A DNA stretch of 64,000 nt from Octopus vulgaris (GCA_951406725.2 OX597831.1:80848001-80912000); one strand, 5' to 3'. Positions 1-14,755 are shown, counted from the first letter of the stretch. Numbers and translations are program-made. The notes: a model not told the origin generated them from the sequence alone.

Positions 1-81
1 ATTTATCGACCCCGAAAGGATAAAAGGCAAAGTCAACCTCGGCGGAATTCGAACTCAGAACGTAAAGACAGACGAAATACC

Positions 82-315
82 TATTTCTTTACTACTCACT
101 AGGGGCTACACACAGAGGAGACAAACAAGGACAGACAAACGGATTAAGTCGATTACATCGACCCCAGTGCGTAACTGGTACTTATTTAATCGACTCCGAA
201 AGGATGAAAGGCAAAGTTAACCTCGGCGGAATTTGAACTCGGAATGTAACGGCAGACGAAATACGGCTACGCATTTCGCCCGGCGCGCTAACGTTTCTGC
301 CAGCTCCTCGCCGCC
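82..315 (-). mobile_element. tRNA-derived SINE, family A (GGCGGCGAGCTGGCAGAAACG head, ...GGGTAGTAAAGAAATA tail), followed by a partial second copy at 1-81
   Basis: Pol III A/B-box-like head. Near-identical full or partial copies at about 803-942(+), 7785-7936(+), 12293-12500(+), 18906-19086(-), 40280-40440(-), 42192-42400(-), 50740-50962(+), 51500-51632(+) and 54668-54898(+). Confidence 0.85.
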
Positions 316-939
316 TTCATAACCAAATATATATTAGACTGAGAGCCAGACCTGATTTGATTAGACTCGAAGCTCCAAAATACTGGCAAGGCACAATATG
401 TGTACAAATGATCCTAATACCATGAAACGGGATTCTTAAGTATAATTAGGTATGGATTAATTAATTATGAGATAATCAACTTGCGTAAATAACTAATTTA
501 ATTAGACTTTAAGCGCCAATAATGAATTACATTGACTGTTACTCCTTAGACACAAGTGATACTTAAATGAAAACTTAAGAAAAAAAAAACGGGTATGGAA
601 AAAGAAATTAAGAAATTTTAATTAGACACGTAATTAGGAATTAATTAGACTTTCTGCTCCAGCGTCAATTACTTCACAGAAATGTTCACTAAACCCAACT
701 GAATCTATTCATGTCACCTGCCCAAGGTGTCACGCAGTGGGACTGAACCCGGAACCATGTGGTTGGTAAGCAAGCTATTTATCACACAGCCACTCCTGCG
801 CCACGAGGTCGACTTTGCCTTTCATCCTTTCGGGGTCGATAAATTAAGTACCAGTTCAGTGGGGTCGATGTAATCGACTCAATTCGTTTGTCTGTCCTTG
901 TATGTCCCCTTTGTGTTTAGCCCCTTGTGGGCAGTAAAG

Positions 940-983
<44 letters not shown>

Positions 984-1055
984 TGTATGTGTGTACACAC
1001 ACACACACACACACAGAGGGTGAGCTAGAATTCATGACACACTTGTTAGTTATAA

Positions 1056-2176
1056 TTGGTTCATCCCATAAATAATGCGTTATTTTTTTTTCAATTGAAT
1101 GAACTAAAAGCATTTAGTAATTTTGCCTTGAACTTATTCTTAGTTTTGAAGAGTGCAGTTCGATTTTAACAGTTATTTTTTCAAAACTATAATGGAAGTA
1201 ACAAAGGAGTATACTCGGCATATTTTGCTTTATGAGTTCAATAAAGGCAGCAACGCAACGGAAAGTGCGGGAAATATTAATGCAGTATATGGAGATCGGA
1301 CTATAAGAGTAAGCCAGTGTCAATGGTGGTTTCAGAAATTCCGAGCCTGAGCCTCATCCTAGATCTGTAGATCTCGAAGAGGACAACTTGTAAACCCTGG
1401 TGGGACAAAATCCCATCATAACTGTTAAGGAACTAGCAGAGAAGCTTGCATTTGGTCATTCAACCATTCATCGACACCTGCGTGTCAGCAAATTGGGTCA
1501 ACAGATTTCTCACAAACTTCCCTAGTCTAATCGAGGGCAGAGAGTGAATCTGCGCTCTTCTTTGCTGTCATGTCTCACGAATAAACCTTTTTTTTTTAAA
1601 ACCAAATAGTGAGTGGTGACGAGAAATGGGTCTTCACCCATGTAAGGTATTGTTATCTGTTTCTTGGGATATGAAAGGTTTAGTCCACTTTGAACTTTTA
1701 AACCCAAACCAAACGATGACAAAGGGGATCTACTGCGAGCAGCGTGAGCGGCATAAGTCAGCGCTAGAAGAAAACGACCATCTTTGGTTTCAAGACGGAA
1801 AATATTCGTCCATCAGGATAATGCTCAGCTACATATAGTGAGGATGACATTTCAAAGGTTGGAGCAGTTTGAATGGGAAACGGTGGCCCACCCACCATAT
1901 TCACCGATATTTCATTATCATTTATTCCACAGTCTCCAAAATCATTTGGACGTAAAAAATATGAATTCTGTAGATGAGGTCAGAACAGCACAGGAAGAGT
2001 ATTTTTCGTCACGGACAAGTGAATCTTGGAAGAGGGACCTTGCAAGTCTAACAGATAGATGAAAGAGCATTGTAGAAAATGAAGGAGAGAATATTTTAGA
2101 TTAAAAAAGAATTTTGTTTATCTTAATTTTGAAAAATAAAAGTATAAAAAATCGCATTATTTATGGGATGACCCAA
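1056..2176 (+). mobile_element. Defective mariner transposon with 24-bp TIRs and a disrupted, internally deleted transposase
   Basis: TIRs TTGGTTCATCCCATAAATAATGCG (1056-1079) and CGCATTATTTATGGGATGACCCAA (2153-2176), then TA. Fragments read RHILLYEFNKG...QWWFQKFR (HTH), SGDEKWV, HPCKVLLSVSWD, HQDNA and HPPYSP..YHLF. Stops and frameshifts are present. Confidence 0.92.
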
Positions 2177-2234
2177 TATTTATTAATATGTTTATAAGCA
2201 CACAAATGCACAAAGTTAATGAATAGTGCACTGT

Positions 2235-2530
2235 TTAGTTAAATCGGTTTTCCATCTCATGGTCAACTGGGCCTCCTTCTGCTGCAACGCGGGCTTGTAA
2301 CTGTATTGAAGCATTTCGACATGGTTTGCGACCCGTGTGTAACAAGATTGCTTCACCTTCTACGATAATAACTTGTTTAAGATGTTCTGACGATTGACAC
2401 GGACTTTTAGATAACTCCACAAAAGAAAAAAAGTCTGGTGGTGTTAAATCAGGTGAGCGAGCCGGCCACTCCACAGGCCCTCCTCTTCCAATCGAAAGAT
2501 CAGGGAAAATTTTATTCGGCCAGTCACTGA
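2235..2530 (-). mobile_element. Tc1/mariner-superfamily transposase C-terminal fragment
   Basis: WPARSPDLTPPDFF motif followed by a typical C-terminal helix ending in CV/RVAAEGG-like sequence. Confidence 0.75.
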
Positions 2531-2665
2531 CAGTAGTGTATGTATGCGTGTATGTATATATATTATATATAGGGAAAGTTTACGAAAAAAAAAAACAAAA
2601 GACGAAGATAGGTGGTGTACAAAACAAACAGGTGTATTAGTATAACGCTCAGGAATAGAAAAAGT

Positions 2666-2701
2666 CTTTTACGTTTCGAGCCTACGCTCTTCTACAGAAA
2701 G
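2666..2701 (-). ncRNA. Minimal type I hammerhead-ribozyme-like motif (variant core CUGUAGA)
   Basis: Minus strand reads CTTT-CTGTAGA-A-GAGC gtag GCTC-GAAA-CG-TA-AAAG: stem I CTTT/AAAG, stem II GAGC/GCTC, palindromic ACGT stem III. It lies in a ~170-bp insert between (TA)n runs. Confidence 0.6.
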
Positions 2702-3692
2702 GGACACAGAAAAAACTAGGAGAGAAAAAAATGTATGTAGTGGTATATATATATACTAGCAGTATCGCCCGGCGTTGCTCGGGTTTGTAAGGGAAATAAC
2801 TATATAAGCATTTATAGAGAGTTACTTCCCTTATATAAACTGAGCGTATATAAACTGTCGTATATATGTATATATATATGTATGTGTGTGTTTGTGTGTC
2901 TGTGTTTGTTCCCCTAGCATTGCTTGACAGCCGATGCTGGTGTGTTTACGTCCCCGTCACTTAGCGGTTCAGCAAAAGAGACCGATAGAATAAGTACTGG
3001 GCTTACAAAGAATAAGTCCCGGGGTCGATTTGCTCGACTAAAGGCGGTGCTCCAGCATGGCCACAGTCAAATGACTGAAACAAGTAAAAGAGAGAAAGAG
3101 TAAAAGAGTAAAAGAGAGAAAGAGTAAAAGAGTGTGTAGAAATACATTTGTGTGTTATCTGGGGTGGATATAATCGACTTCATCCGTTTGTCTGTCCTCT
3201 CTGTGTTTAGCCCCTTACGGGCAGTAAAGAAATAACAATGGCACACTCGTAAAGCGGGGTTTTATTCTGTGTGTGTGTGTGTATATACACACACACACAC
3301 ACATAGAGAGACATACATATATGTATATATATATATATGTGTGTGTGTAGTGAAGGCGCATGGCTCAGTGGTTAGAGCGTCGAGCTTACGGAAGTGAGGT
3401 TGTGAGCTCGAATCCCAGACCAAGCAGCGGCAGCGTGTTGTGTTCTTGAGCAAGACACTTTATTTCACGTTGCTCCAGTTCACTTAGTTGTAGAAATGAG
3501 TTGCGACATCACAGGTGCCAAGCTGTATCGGCCCCTTTTGCCTTTCCCTTGGATAACACTGGTGGCGTGGAGAGGAGAGGCCGGTATGCATGGCCGACTG
3601 CTGGTCTCCCATAAACCACCTTGCTCAGACTTGTGCCTGGGAGGTTAATTTTCTAGGTTCAATCCCAGTTATGACCGAAGAGGGTCTCAGCA

Positions 3693-3725
<33 letters not shown>

Positions 3726-4265
3726 TTTGTCTCCCAACACCGTTTGACAACCGGTGTTGGTGTGTTTGCGTCCCCTAACTTAACGGTTCGGCAAAACAGA
3801 CCGATAGAATAAGTACTAGAATAAAAGCCTGACTCGATTTCTTTGACTAAAACCCTTCAAGGAGGTGCTCCAGCGTGGTCGCAGTCGAATTACTGAAGTG
3901 AAAGATAAAAGATAACACACAAATGTATTTCTACACACATACACATATAGACATATACATACACATATATATATACACACATATAAATTCGTACACATAC
4001 ACGCATTACATATACATACGCCAAACAACACCCATATAAATACATTCACTTCAGCAGAGAAACACACACACACACACACACACACGAGCAAGTGGTGGCG
4101 GCGGCGGTGGTGGTGGTGGTGGCGGTGGTGGCGGTGGTGGTGACACCGTATACTTGACACCATCTGGGACGACAACGAACTCGGTGCTTGCGTACCGAAA
4201 GGTTGATGTGTCTAAGAATGCGTAATTACATATATGTTTGTATACATATATGCATCACACGCTCG

Positions 4266-7200
4266 CACCACCACCACCACCACCACCACCACCACCACCA
4301 CCACCACCACCACCACCCACCACCACCACAACCACCACCACCACCACCACCACCACCACCACCACCACCACCACCACCACCACCATTACCACCATTACCA
4401 CCACCACCACCACCACCACCACCATTACCACCACCACCACAACCACCACCACCACCACCACCACCACCACCACCACCACCATTACCACCACCACCACAAC
4501 CACCACCACCACCACCACCACCACAACCACCACCACCACCACCACCACCACCACCACCACCACCACCACCACCACCACCACCACCACCACCACCACCACC
4601 ACCACAACCACCACCACCACCACCACCACCACAACCACCACCACCACCACCACCACCACCACCACCACCACCACCACCACCACCACCACCACCACCATTA
4701 CCACCACCACCACAACCACCACCACCACCACCACCACCACCACCACCACCACCACCACCACCACCACCACCATTACCACCATTACCACCACCACCACCAC
4801 CACCACCACCATTACCACCACCACCACAACCACCACCACCACCACCACCACCACCACCACCACCACCACCATTACCACCACCACCACAACCACCACCACC
4901 ACCACCACCACCACAACCACCACCACCACCACCACCACCACCACCACCACCACCACCACCACCACCACCACCACCATTACCACCACCACCACCACCACCA
5001 CCACCACCACCACCACCACAACCACCACCACCACCACCACCACCACCACCACCACCACCACCACCACCACCACCACCACCACCACCATTACCACCACCAC
5101 CACACCACCACCACCACCACCACCACCACCACCACCACCACCACCACCACCACCACCACCACCACCACCACCACCACCACCACCACCACCACCACCACCA
5201 CCACCACCACCACCACCACCACCACCACCACCACCACCACCACCACCACCACCACAACCACCACCACCACCACTACCACCACTACCACCACCACCACCAC
5301 CACCACCACCACCACCACCACCACCACCACCACCACCACCACTACCACCACCACCACCACCACCACCACTACCACCACCACCACCACCACCACCACCACC
5401 ACCACCACCACCACCACCACCACCACCACCACCACCACCACCATTACCATTACCACCACCACCACCACCACCACCACCACCACCACCACCACCACCACCA
5501 CCACCACCACCACCACCACCACCACCACCACCACCACCACCACCACCACCACCACCACCACCACCACAACCACCACCACCACCACCACCACCACCACCAC
5601 CACCACCACCACCACAACCACCACCACCACCACCATCACCACCACCACCACAACCACCACCACCACCACAACCACCACCACCACCACCACCACAACCACC
5701 ACCACCACCACCACCACCACCACAACCACCACCACCACCACCACCACAACCACCACCACCACCACCACCACCACCACCACCACCACCACCACCACCACCA
5801 CCACCACAACCACCACCACCACCACCACCACCACCACAACCACCATCACCACCACCACCACCACCACCACCACCACCACCACCACCACAACCACCACCAC
5901 CACCACCACCACCACCACCACCACCATCACCACCACCACCACCACCACCACCACCACCACCACCACCACAACCACCACCACCACCACCACCACCACCACC
6001 ACCACCACCACCACCACCACCACCACCACCACCACCACCACCACCACCACCACCACCACCACCACAACCACCACCACCACCATCACCACCACCACCACCA
6101 CCACCACCACCACCACCACCACCACCACCACCACCACCACCACCACAACCACCATCACCACCACCACCACCACCACCACCACCACCACCACCACCACCAC
6201 CACCACCACCACCACCACCACCACCACCACCACCACCACCACCACCACCACCACCACCACCACCACCACCACCACCACCACCACCACCACCACCACCACC
6301 ACCACCACCACCACCACCACCACAACCACCACCACCACCACCACCACCACCACCACCACCACCACCACCACCACCACCACCACCACCACCACCACCACCA
6401 CCACCACCACCACCACCACCACCACCACCACCACAACCACCACAACCACCACCACCACCACAACCACCACCACCACCACCACAACCACCACCACCACCAC
6501 CACCACCACCACCACCACCACCACCACCACCACCACACCACAACCACCACCACCACCATCACCACCACCACCACCACCACCACCACCACCACCACCACCA
6601 CCACCACCACCACCACCACCACCACCACCACAACCACCATCACCACCACCACCACCACCACCACCACCACCACCACCACCACCACCACCACCACCACCAC
6701 CACCACCACCACCACCACCACCACCACCACCACCACCACCACCACCACCACCACCACCACCACCACCACCACCACCACCACCACCATCACCACCACCACC
6801 ACCACCACCACCACCACCACCACCACAACCACCACCACCACCACCACCACCACCACCACCACCACCACCACCACCACCACCACCACCACCACAACCACCA
6901 CCACCACCACCACCACCACCACAACCACCACCACCACCACCACCACCACCACCACCACCACCACCACCACCACCACCACCACAACCACCACCACCACAAC
7001 CACCACCACCACCACCATCACCACCACCACCACAACCACCACCACCACCACCACCATTACCACCACCACCACAACCACCACCACCACCACCACCACCACC
7101 ACCACCATCACCACCACCACCACCACCACCACCACCACCACCACCACCATCACCACCACCACCACAACCACCACCACCACCACCACCACCACCACCACCA

Positions 7201-7362
7201 TTACCACCACCACCACCACCACCACCACCACCACCACCATCACCACCACCACCACAACCACCACCACCACCACCACCACCACCACCACCACCACAACCAC
7301 CACCACCACCACCACCACCACCACCACCACCACCACCACCACCACCACCACCACCACCACCA
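4266..7362. repeat. ~3.1-kb (CCA)n trinucleotide array with CAA/TTA/TCA/CTA variant units
   Basis: Read directly. The long poly-H/P/T and poly-G/V/W ORFs over it are artefacts. Confidence 0.97.
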
Positions 7363-7469
7363 TTAATATTGCTCTCTCTCCCGATACCATTTATGATTCC
7401 ATTAAGTATTACTGCTACTGCGACCGATGTACTTTATGTCTAAAATGCAGAGAAGACGACGACCGAACG

Positions 7470-7500
<31 letters not shown>

Positions 7501-7695
7501 AGAAGGGAGAGAGAGAGAGAGGGAGAGAGGGGAAGGGAGAGAGAGAGAGAGAAAGTAAGCTGATGGAATGTTATGACGTCATTGGGATGATAACCGAACC
7601 ACCACCCTCTCCTTTCACAACCGATCTACTACTGTATACACGTAAACACCTGCACAGACACACACACTCACACACACACACAAACACATACACAC

Positions 7696-7762
<67 letters not shown>

Positions 7763-7766
<4 letters not shown>

Positions 7767-8400
7767 ATGGTATTAAAAAGTTGCTTCAAATTCCGCCGAA
7801 GTCGACTTCGCCTTTCATCCTTTCGGGGTCGATAAATTAAGTACCAGTTACGCACTGGGGTCAATGTAATCGACTTAATCCGTCTGTCCTTGTTTGTCTC
7901 CTCTGTGTTTAGCCCCTTGTGGGTAGCAAAGAAATAGGTATTAAAAGGTTGCCGGATTTAATTATGTTTAATAAAAAAAAAAGATAACTGATTTACCTCA
8001 GTTTTAACATCATCTTCGAAATAGTCACCTTGCGCAGCAACACACCGGTCCCTGCGTTTCTGTCACTTTTGGAATCCGGCCAGGAAGTTGTTTACCGTGA
8101 GCGAGTCGAGGACCTTCTGCGATTCGCTCTTGATTTTGACAACGGTGTTGAAACGGCGACCTTTGAGCTGCATTTTCATGTTGGGGAAGAGAGATGGAAG
8201 TCTGCGCGTGCTAAATCTGGCGCATAGAGCCAGAGCAGAGGAGACACCATGTTGTTTTTGACGAGAAACACACGAGTGAAGAGAGCTTGGAGACAAGGTA
8301 CATTATCATCACAAAGTATCCCAATCTTTGCGTTCCAAAGATCCAGCTCTGTCGCGTGATTTTTAGAGAGCCCCCTGCAATTTTTTGTTTCGAGGCCCTT
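7763..8400 (-). mobile_element. Mariner remnant (transposase C-terminus plus TIR) whose TIR is interrupted by a SINE
   Basis: ORF fragment LFPNMKMQLKGRRFNTVVKIK matches the mariner C-terminal LKGRRF motif. Removing the SINE at 7785-7936 and one TSD copy restores a mariner-like end, CGAGATGGTATTAAAAAGTTGCCGGA. Confidence 0.7.
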
Positions 8401-8474
8401 CCCTTCAATAAAAATTCATAAACTACGCACCTTTTATTCATAACTATGTTTTACTTTATTCTACCTGAAATTCC

Positions 8475-8728
8475 TGGCACGTAGAAAGCACCAACCGATC
8501 GTGGCCGTTGCCAGCCTCGCCTGGCACCTGTGAACGGTGGCACGTAAAAAGCACCCACTACACTCAAGGAGTGGTTGGCGTTAGGAAGGGCATCCAGCTG
8601 TAGAAACACTGCCAGATCAGACTGGAGCCTGGTGCAGCCTCCTAGTTTCCCAGACCCCGGTCGAACCGTCCAACCCATGCTAGCATGGAAAACGGACGTT
8701 AAACGATGATGATGATGATGATGATGAT
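8475..8728 (+). mobile_element. 5'-truncated RTE LINE 3' UTR (or RTE-tailed SINE) ending in (GAT)n
   Basis: Matches the 3' UTR of the RTE LINE at 28160-28558. Further copies at about 11725-11920(-), 13100-13595(+), 15670-15950(+), 16185-16430(-), 31040-31310(-), 35330-35727(+), 44400-44660(-), 46965-47208(+) and 47636-47890(-). Confidence 0.85.
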
Positions 8729-9987
8729 CCTAAAGAACATCTTTAAAAGTACAAGTTAAATTTCTTTGGGTCTATTACAAATTTCAATAAGTAAAACTTC
8801 CCGATATGAATAAAAGAGCATTTTTATAACCCAGGAAACTTTCAAAGACAAACACGGTGCACTTTTCGCTTCCTGAAATCATTGATCAGTTCGGATTAAT
8901 CAAGCTGATCAATGAGAGCTAAGTTCATGTTCAACAGATATCATAGACATTCCACGAAGTCCGGTACTCAATCGTGGTAGAATGTCATATTTTTACAACA
9001 ACTTTTGCAGGTACAATGTATTACCATTTTATTCCTTGAATTTTTCATTCAACATAGTTTGATTCTTGTTCAACATCTTAACCAAAGTAAATAGATGACT
9101 CATCTACGTACTTTGATCTCAACATGGAGCCCCTTAAACGGAGAGGGGCATCACCATGCTTGGGCATCACCTTGAAGAATTTTTGGTTGCATGAATCACT
9201 CCCAGAGCATATTTGTTTTTTAAAGCCTGATATTTTTTTCTATCGATCTTTTCTGCTGAACTGTTAAACACACCACCACAGGTTGTCAAACGATGATGGA
9301 TATACACACACACACACATGCATGCGCGCGCACACACACACACAGGCATAAAATCTGAGAGAAAGAAAATAAATGGAATTCACGATACTCTTTATTAGTC
9401 ACCACGATCGTTTCGACCCATCGCGCATCGGTGTCTCGCTGGTGAGATGCTGTACAAACAGTTGTGGTGCGTCACTGGTGTACACACACGCACATACACA
9501 AACAAACACACACACACATACATATACACGACAGCTTGTTTCAGCTTCCTTCCAGTAAATCCACTCACAAGGCTTTGGTCAGCTCCAGGGTATAATAGAA
9601 GACTCTTGCCAAAGGTGTCACACAGTGGGATTGACCCCAGAATCATGTAGGTGAGAAGCAAACTCCTTACTACACAGCCAAACCGATTCTGTTAGTTAAC
9701 TCTGGGAAAATAGCACATTTTTATTGTAGATATACAAAGAAGGAAACTATTTTCTTTTTGAAAAAAGCTCCAAGAAATTTGATAAAAGTTAAATTATAAT
9801 TATTACAAGAATGCCATATTTCCTGATATTACACACATGGTGCCTAAAAGTATAATTGCAAAATTTCAAAGCTACATAGTGCGTGTGTTTTTATTGGCTA
9901 AACTGGCAACATGACCATCCCTAAATACAACAATCTGTTTCAACACACGATTTTACATCAAGAATCTTGCAAAGCGAATATATAAAC

Positions 9988-10057
<70 letters not shown>

Positions 10058-10085
10058 CAGTGTACATTTAAACACATTAAGAGGT

Positions 10086-10300
10086 TTCCATCATAGGAAT
10101 CCTTTACACTAGAAAGAACAGCTAAAGTCCAAACCACTAATTAGCGATATATTCTTGAAGGGAATGAAAAATAAAAACATTTACCATCTCTTTTTGGGAT
10201 GGTAAGTGTTTTTATTTTTCATTCCCTTCGAGAATTTATCGCTAATTAGTGGTTTGGACTTTAGCTGTTCTTTCTAGCGTAAAGGATTCATATGAAGGAA
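10086..10300. repeat. Near-perfect palindrome with ~105-bp arms and a 5-nt loop, next to (TA)n
   Basis: 10086-10190 is the reverse complement of 10196-10300 with few mismatches, e.g. GAAAGAACAGCTAAAGTCCAAACCACTAATTAGCGAT versus ATCGCTAATTAGTGGTTTGGACTTTAGCTGTTCTTTC. Confidence 0.92.
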
Positions 10301-13300
10301 TGATGGAATATTAAATATTGATTAGAGAACAAACAACAAGTTCAAGTCAACGAGCTCATATAATGCCACGTTTCCATACATGTGATCATATATAAATACC
10401 ACGGCCTTATACATATATAAAGAACACAGAAGGTAAAAAATATATATGCACATAAAAATACAAAATATTGCAGTGAGAGGATTCCAGTGAATTGCAACGA
10501 ACTCCCGAAATGGCCATAGATGTGTTTTGACTTGATTTTGTGGAATTCTCTTACACTCCTTGGACTTCAACCTACCATGGTTTTTATGAAACGATGCCTT
10601 TCATCCTTTCGGGGTCGATAAATTAAGTACCAGTTGCGTACTGGGGTTGATGTACCAGTTGCGTACTGGGGTTTATTTGAGTGTAAAAGCAAAAAAATAA
10701 ATAGAATAAAATGCCAACAGTTACTGCTATCATAAAAGTATAAAATATTCTACAAATGTTTAAATTTCGTGAATAAACAATTGTAGTAATAATTTAAATC
10801 TTTATTCACCTGATAACAATCGAAGGTTAGGTGCTAAAATATGCAGATATCATTACTATATATAGTCCTTCCCAACTAAGAACTCATATTATAACAGTTA
10901 AATTTAAACATTGCTGTTTAATTCACAATGAAGTTGTTACCACTGGCCAGAGTTCTCACAGCATTTTAGAGGTCTTTCTTTACATTACCCATCTTAAGAC
11001 ATCCTTTTCATCTCAGTTTATCATTTATGGAGAATTAGCTTCAAGCTTTCTGTGAAAACTTACCTGTAGTGTATAAAAATGGAGAAGGTTTACCTCTCAT
11101 CTCCCACTTGCTATAGAAACCTGAGTAAAGTGAAGTAAATATATTCATTCATTATTGCTATGACTAATGTTATTCTATTTCATGTCATATTTTCTGTCAT
11201 TTGAAGGTTTGGCTAAATATGAAACAAACAGGATTATTGCCATACTTTAGTGAATACCTGGGGAAAAGAGATGATATTTTCAAGTAAGTTCCTTGTAATT
11301 CAGTCACAATTTCTATATCTTCTTTAGTATTTAATCTGTCTATTTATTATTCTACTAATTATTCCCAATTTCAGTAAAAGAAAGAATGAGATTTCTAACT
11401 TTTATCATCCATTTTAATTCAATTACCTTTATAACTGATCTATTTTTAGCCAGGTTAGTTAAGATAAATGAACTAAAGTACCTTAGTTAAGAATACTACT
11501 CACTACCAATAAGCATTCAGTGTTGAGTTATGTCATGTTTTGCATATGCTGTTGAATTAATAGGAGTTTCAATCCTAATTTGGAAATTTGATCATAAATA
11601 GTTGTTTGTGTTGCTGATCATGGTCATGATCAACAAAAAGTAGCAAACATTTCTTCTCAAATCAGTCTACAACTCAAATATAATCAACCTTTGAATATTT
11701 GATATGCCTAATCTACCATTATCATTATTATCATTATCATTTTTTAACATCCATTTTCTATGCTGGCATGGGTTGAATAGTTTGCCAAGATCTCCAGGCC
11801 TAAAGACTGCAACATGTTCCAATGTCTGCTTTGACATGGTTTCTACACCTGAATGCCCTTCCTAGCACCAACCGCTGTACAGTGTACTGCATGCATTTTT
11901 CATAGCACCAGGACTGACGCATAACTAAGATTTCTACTGTACAGAGTGCTTTATGCTAGGAGATGAAAGGTTAAAGTATGGGAGAAGGATGCCAGAACAG
12001 AACAAGCTTCTTGTAGGCAAGCTACTCTTTTAGAATTTAACTTCCTTTTTAAAAATTGTAGGAAAAGAGATTTAGTTCAGCAAACATTTAGGGCATACTC
12101 TCTGACTCAGCAATAAGTAAATTCAACCATAAAATAACTAATAAAATTTACGATTTTAACTCAAATGATTCTAATGAACAGGTAAAGTTATTTGTGAAGT
12201 ATAGGAAATCTATATGACAAATATAAGTTTTTGGTTTATTTCTAATCAACAAAAATTCAGGCCTTGCGCCTGGGGTAAGAAAGAATGTTTAAGGCGGCGA
12301 GATGGCAGAAACGTTAGCACGCCAGGTGAAATGCTTAGCGGTATTTCGTCTGTCTTTACGTTCTGAGTTCAAATTCAGCTGAGGTCGACTTTGCCTTTCA
12401 TCCTTTCGGGGTCGATAAATTAAGTACCAGGTGTGTACTGAAGTCGATCCAAATAATTTCCCTCCCCCAAAATTTCGGGCCTTGTGCCTAGAGTAGAAAA
12501 GAATAAAGCATAAGACGTAAGTAGCCAATTGCTATATAATCTGTGTGATTTAGGAGCTTGTGTGTGTGTGTGTGTCTGCAATAAATATGTGTGTGTGCAT
12601 GCGTGCGTGCGTGTGTATATGTGTAGGCGAGGAGGAATAGAGAAGGGAGGGAGAGAGTGCTAAAGAGAGAAAAGGAGGGAGAAAACAAAAGAGAGAGAGA
12701 GAGAGAGAGGGGGGAGGGGTTTCGCCGAAGAAGAAAAGAAAAGCAGAAATAGGACGCAATGCATGGGAATCTGTTCTACTTTGTTATATTTTAATCGAGC
12801 AGTGAGTCACTTAGGAAGCTTTCTTTTCATTAAAAACGACAAGATAAGTGTGTGTGTCCTATGATTGGCTGAGGCCTAAATCTACGGATTTTAAATCAAC
12901 GCCTTTTGTACAGACACAGGTGAACAACCTGGCTTTTATATAATATCTTCAGGTTCACAAATCTTGATATTCATACTCTGTTACTTTTTCATCTGCTTCA
13001 CCCTGCGAACAGCGGTCAAAGTAGGGTACCGCCCTAGATTCTACCGAAAATACTATAAGTGAAGAAAGACAAGTTGCTTACATCGAAATCGAACCACATC
13101 AGACGACTGGCACCCATGCCAACCTCCCTTCATTGGACACTAAACTCTGCTTGCGAAGACCTGTTGGGACAAGTGAACTCGAAATTGAACCAAATCCTAT
13201 GACTGGCACCCGGCCGTTGCCAGAGCCGCTGGACTGACTCCTGTGCAGGTGGCAAGTAAAGAAACACCGTTTCGACCCTGTGCTTGAGGAGACCTATTGA

Positions 13301-13843
13301 GTCAAGTACATCAACATCAAAAATCAATGGAAATTGTAGTTGTGATCCCTGTGCTGGTGGCACGTAAAAAGCACCAACCGATCGTGGCCATTGCCAGCCT
13401 CGCCTGGCACCTGTGCCAGTGGCACGTAAAAAGCACCCACTACACTCACGGAGTGGTTGGCGTTAGGAAGGGCATCCAGCTATAGAAACACTGCCAGATC
13501 AGACTGGAGCCTGGTACAGCCTTCTGGCTTCCCAGACCCGGTCGAACCGTCCAACCCATGCTAGCATGGAAAACGGACGTTAAATGATGATGATTCGCTG
13601 CTTTCTTCCAAAGAATCTAATGCTCTTAGGTTAGTTTTTCCTTGGGGCTGGCCAGATTGGAGCAATCTCAAGAAAAATCTGCCGAAATTGTGAGGGTAAC
13701 CTGGTGCTTGACTGAGGAAAAAAAAACTTCGAATGACCCGTCCTTGTTTTCTTCGTATCATCTATCTGGATGTTTTGTTGTCCCTTTTTGTATCACCTAG
13801 TTGTCCGGATGTTTTGCATTCTTGTCCCATTTTGTATCTTTTA

Positions 13844-14755
<912 letters not shown>

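Noticed and set aside
4188-7835. 1000+ aa poly-His/Pro/Thr and poly-Gly/Val/Trp ORFs
   Set aside because: They are translations of the (CCA)n array in every frame, with microsatellite-derived flanks and no domain content.
12800-12885. AP-1 (TGAGTCA) and reverse CCAAT motifs as a promoter
   Set aside because: No adjacent exon or gene could be identified, and such short motifs are expected by chance.
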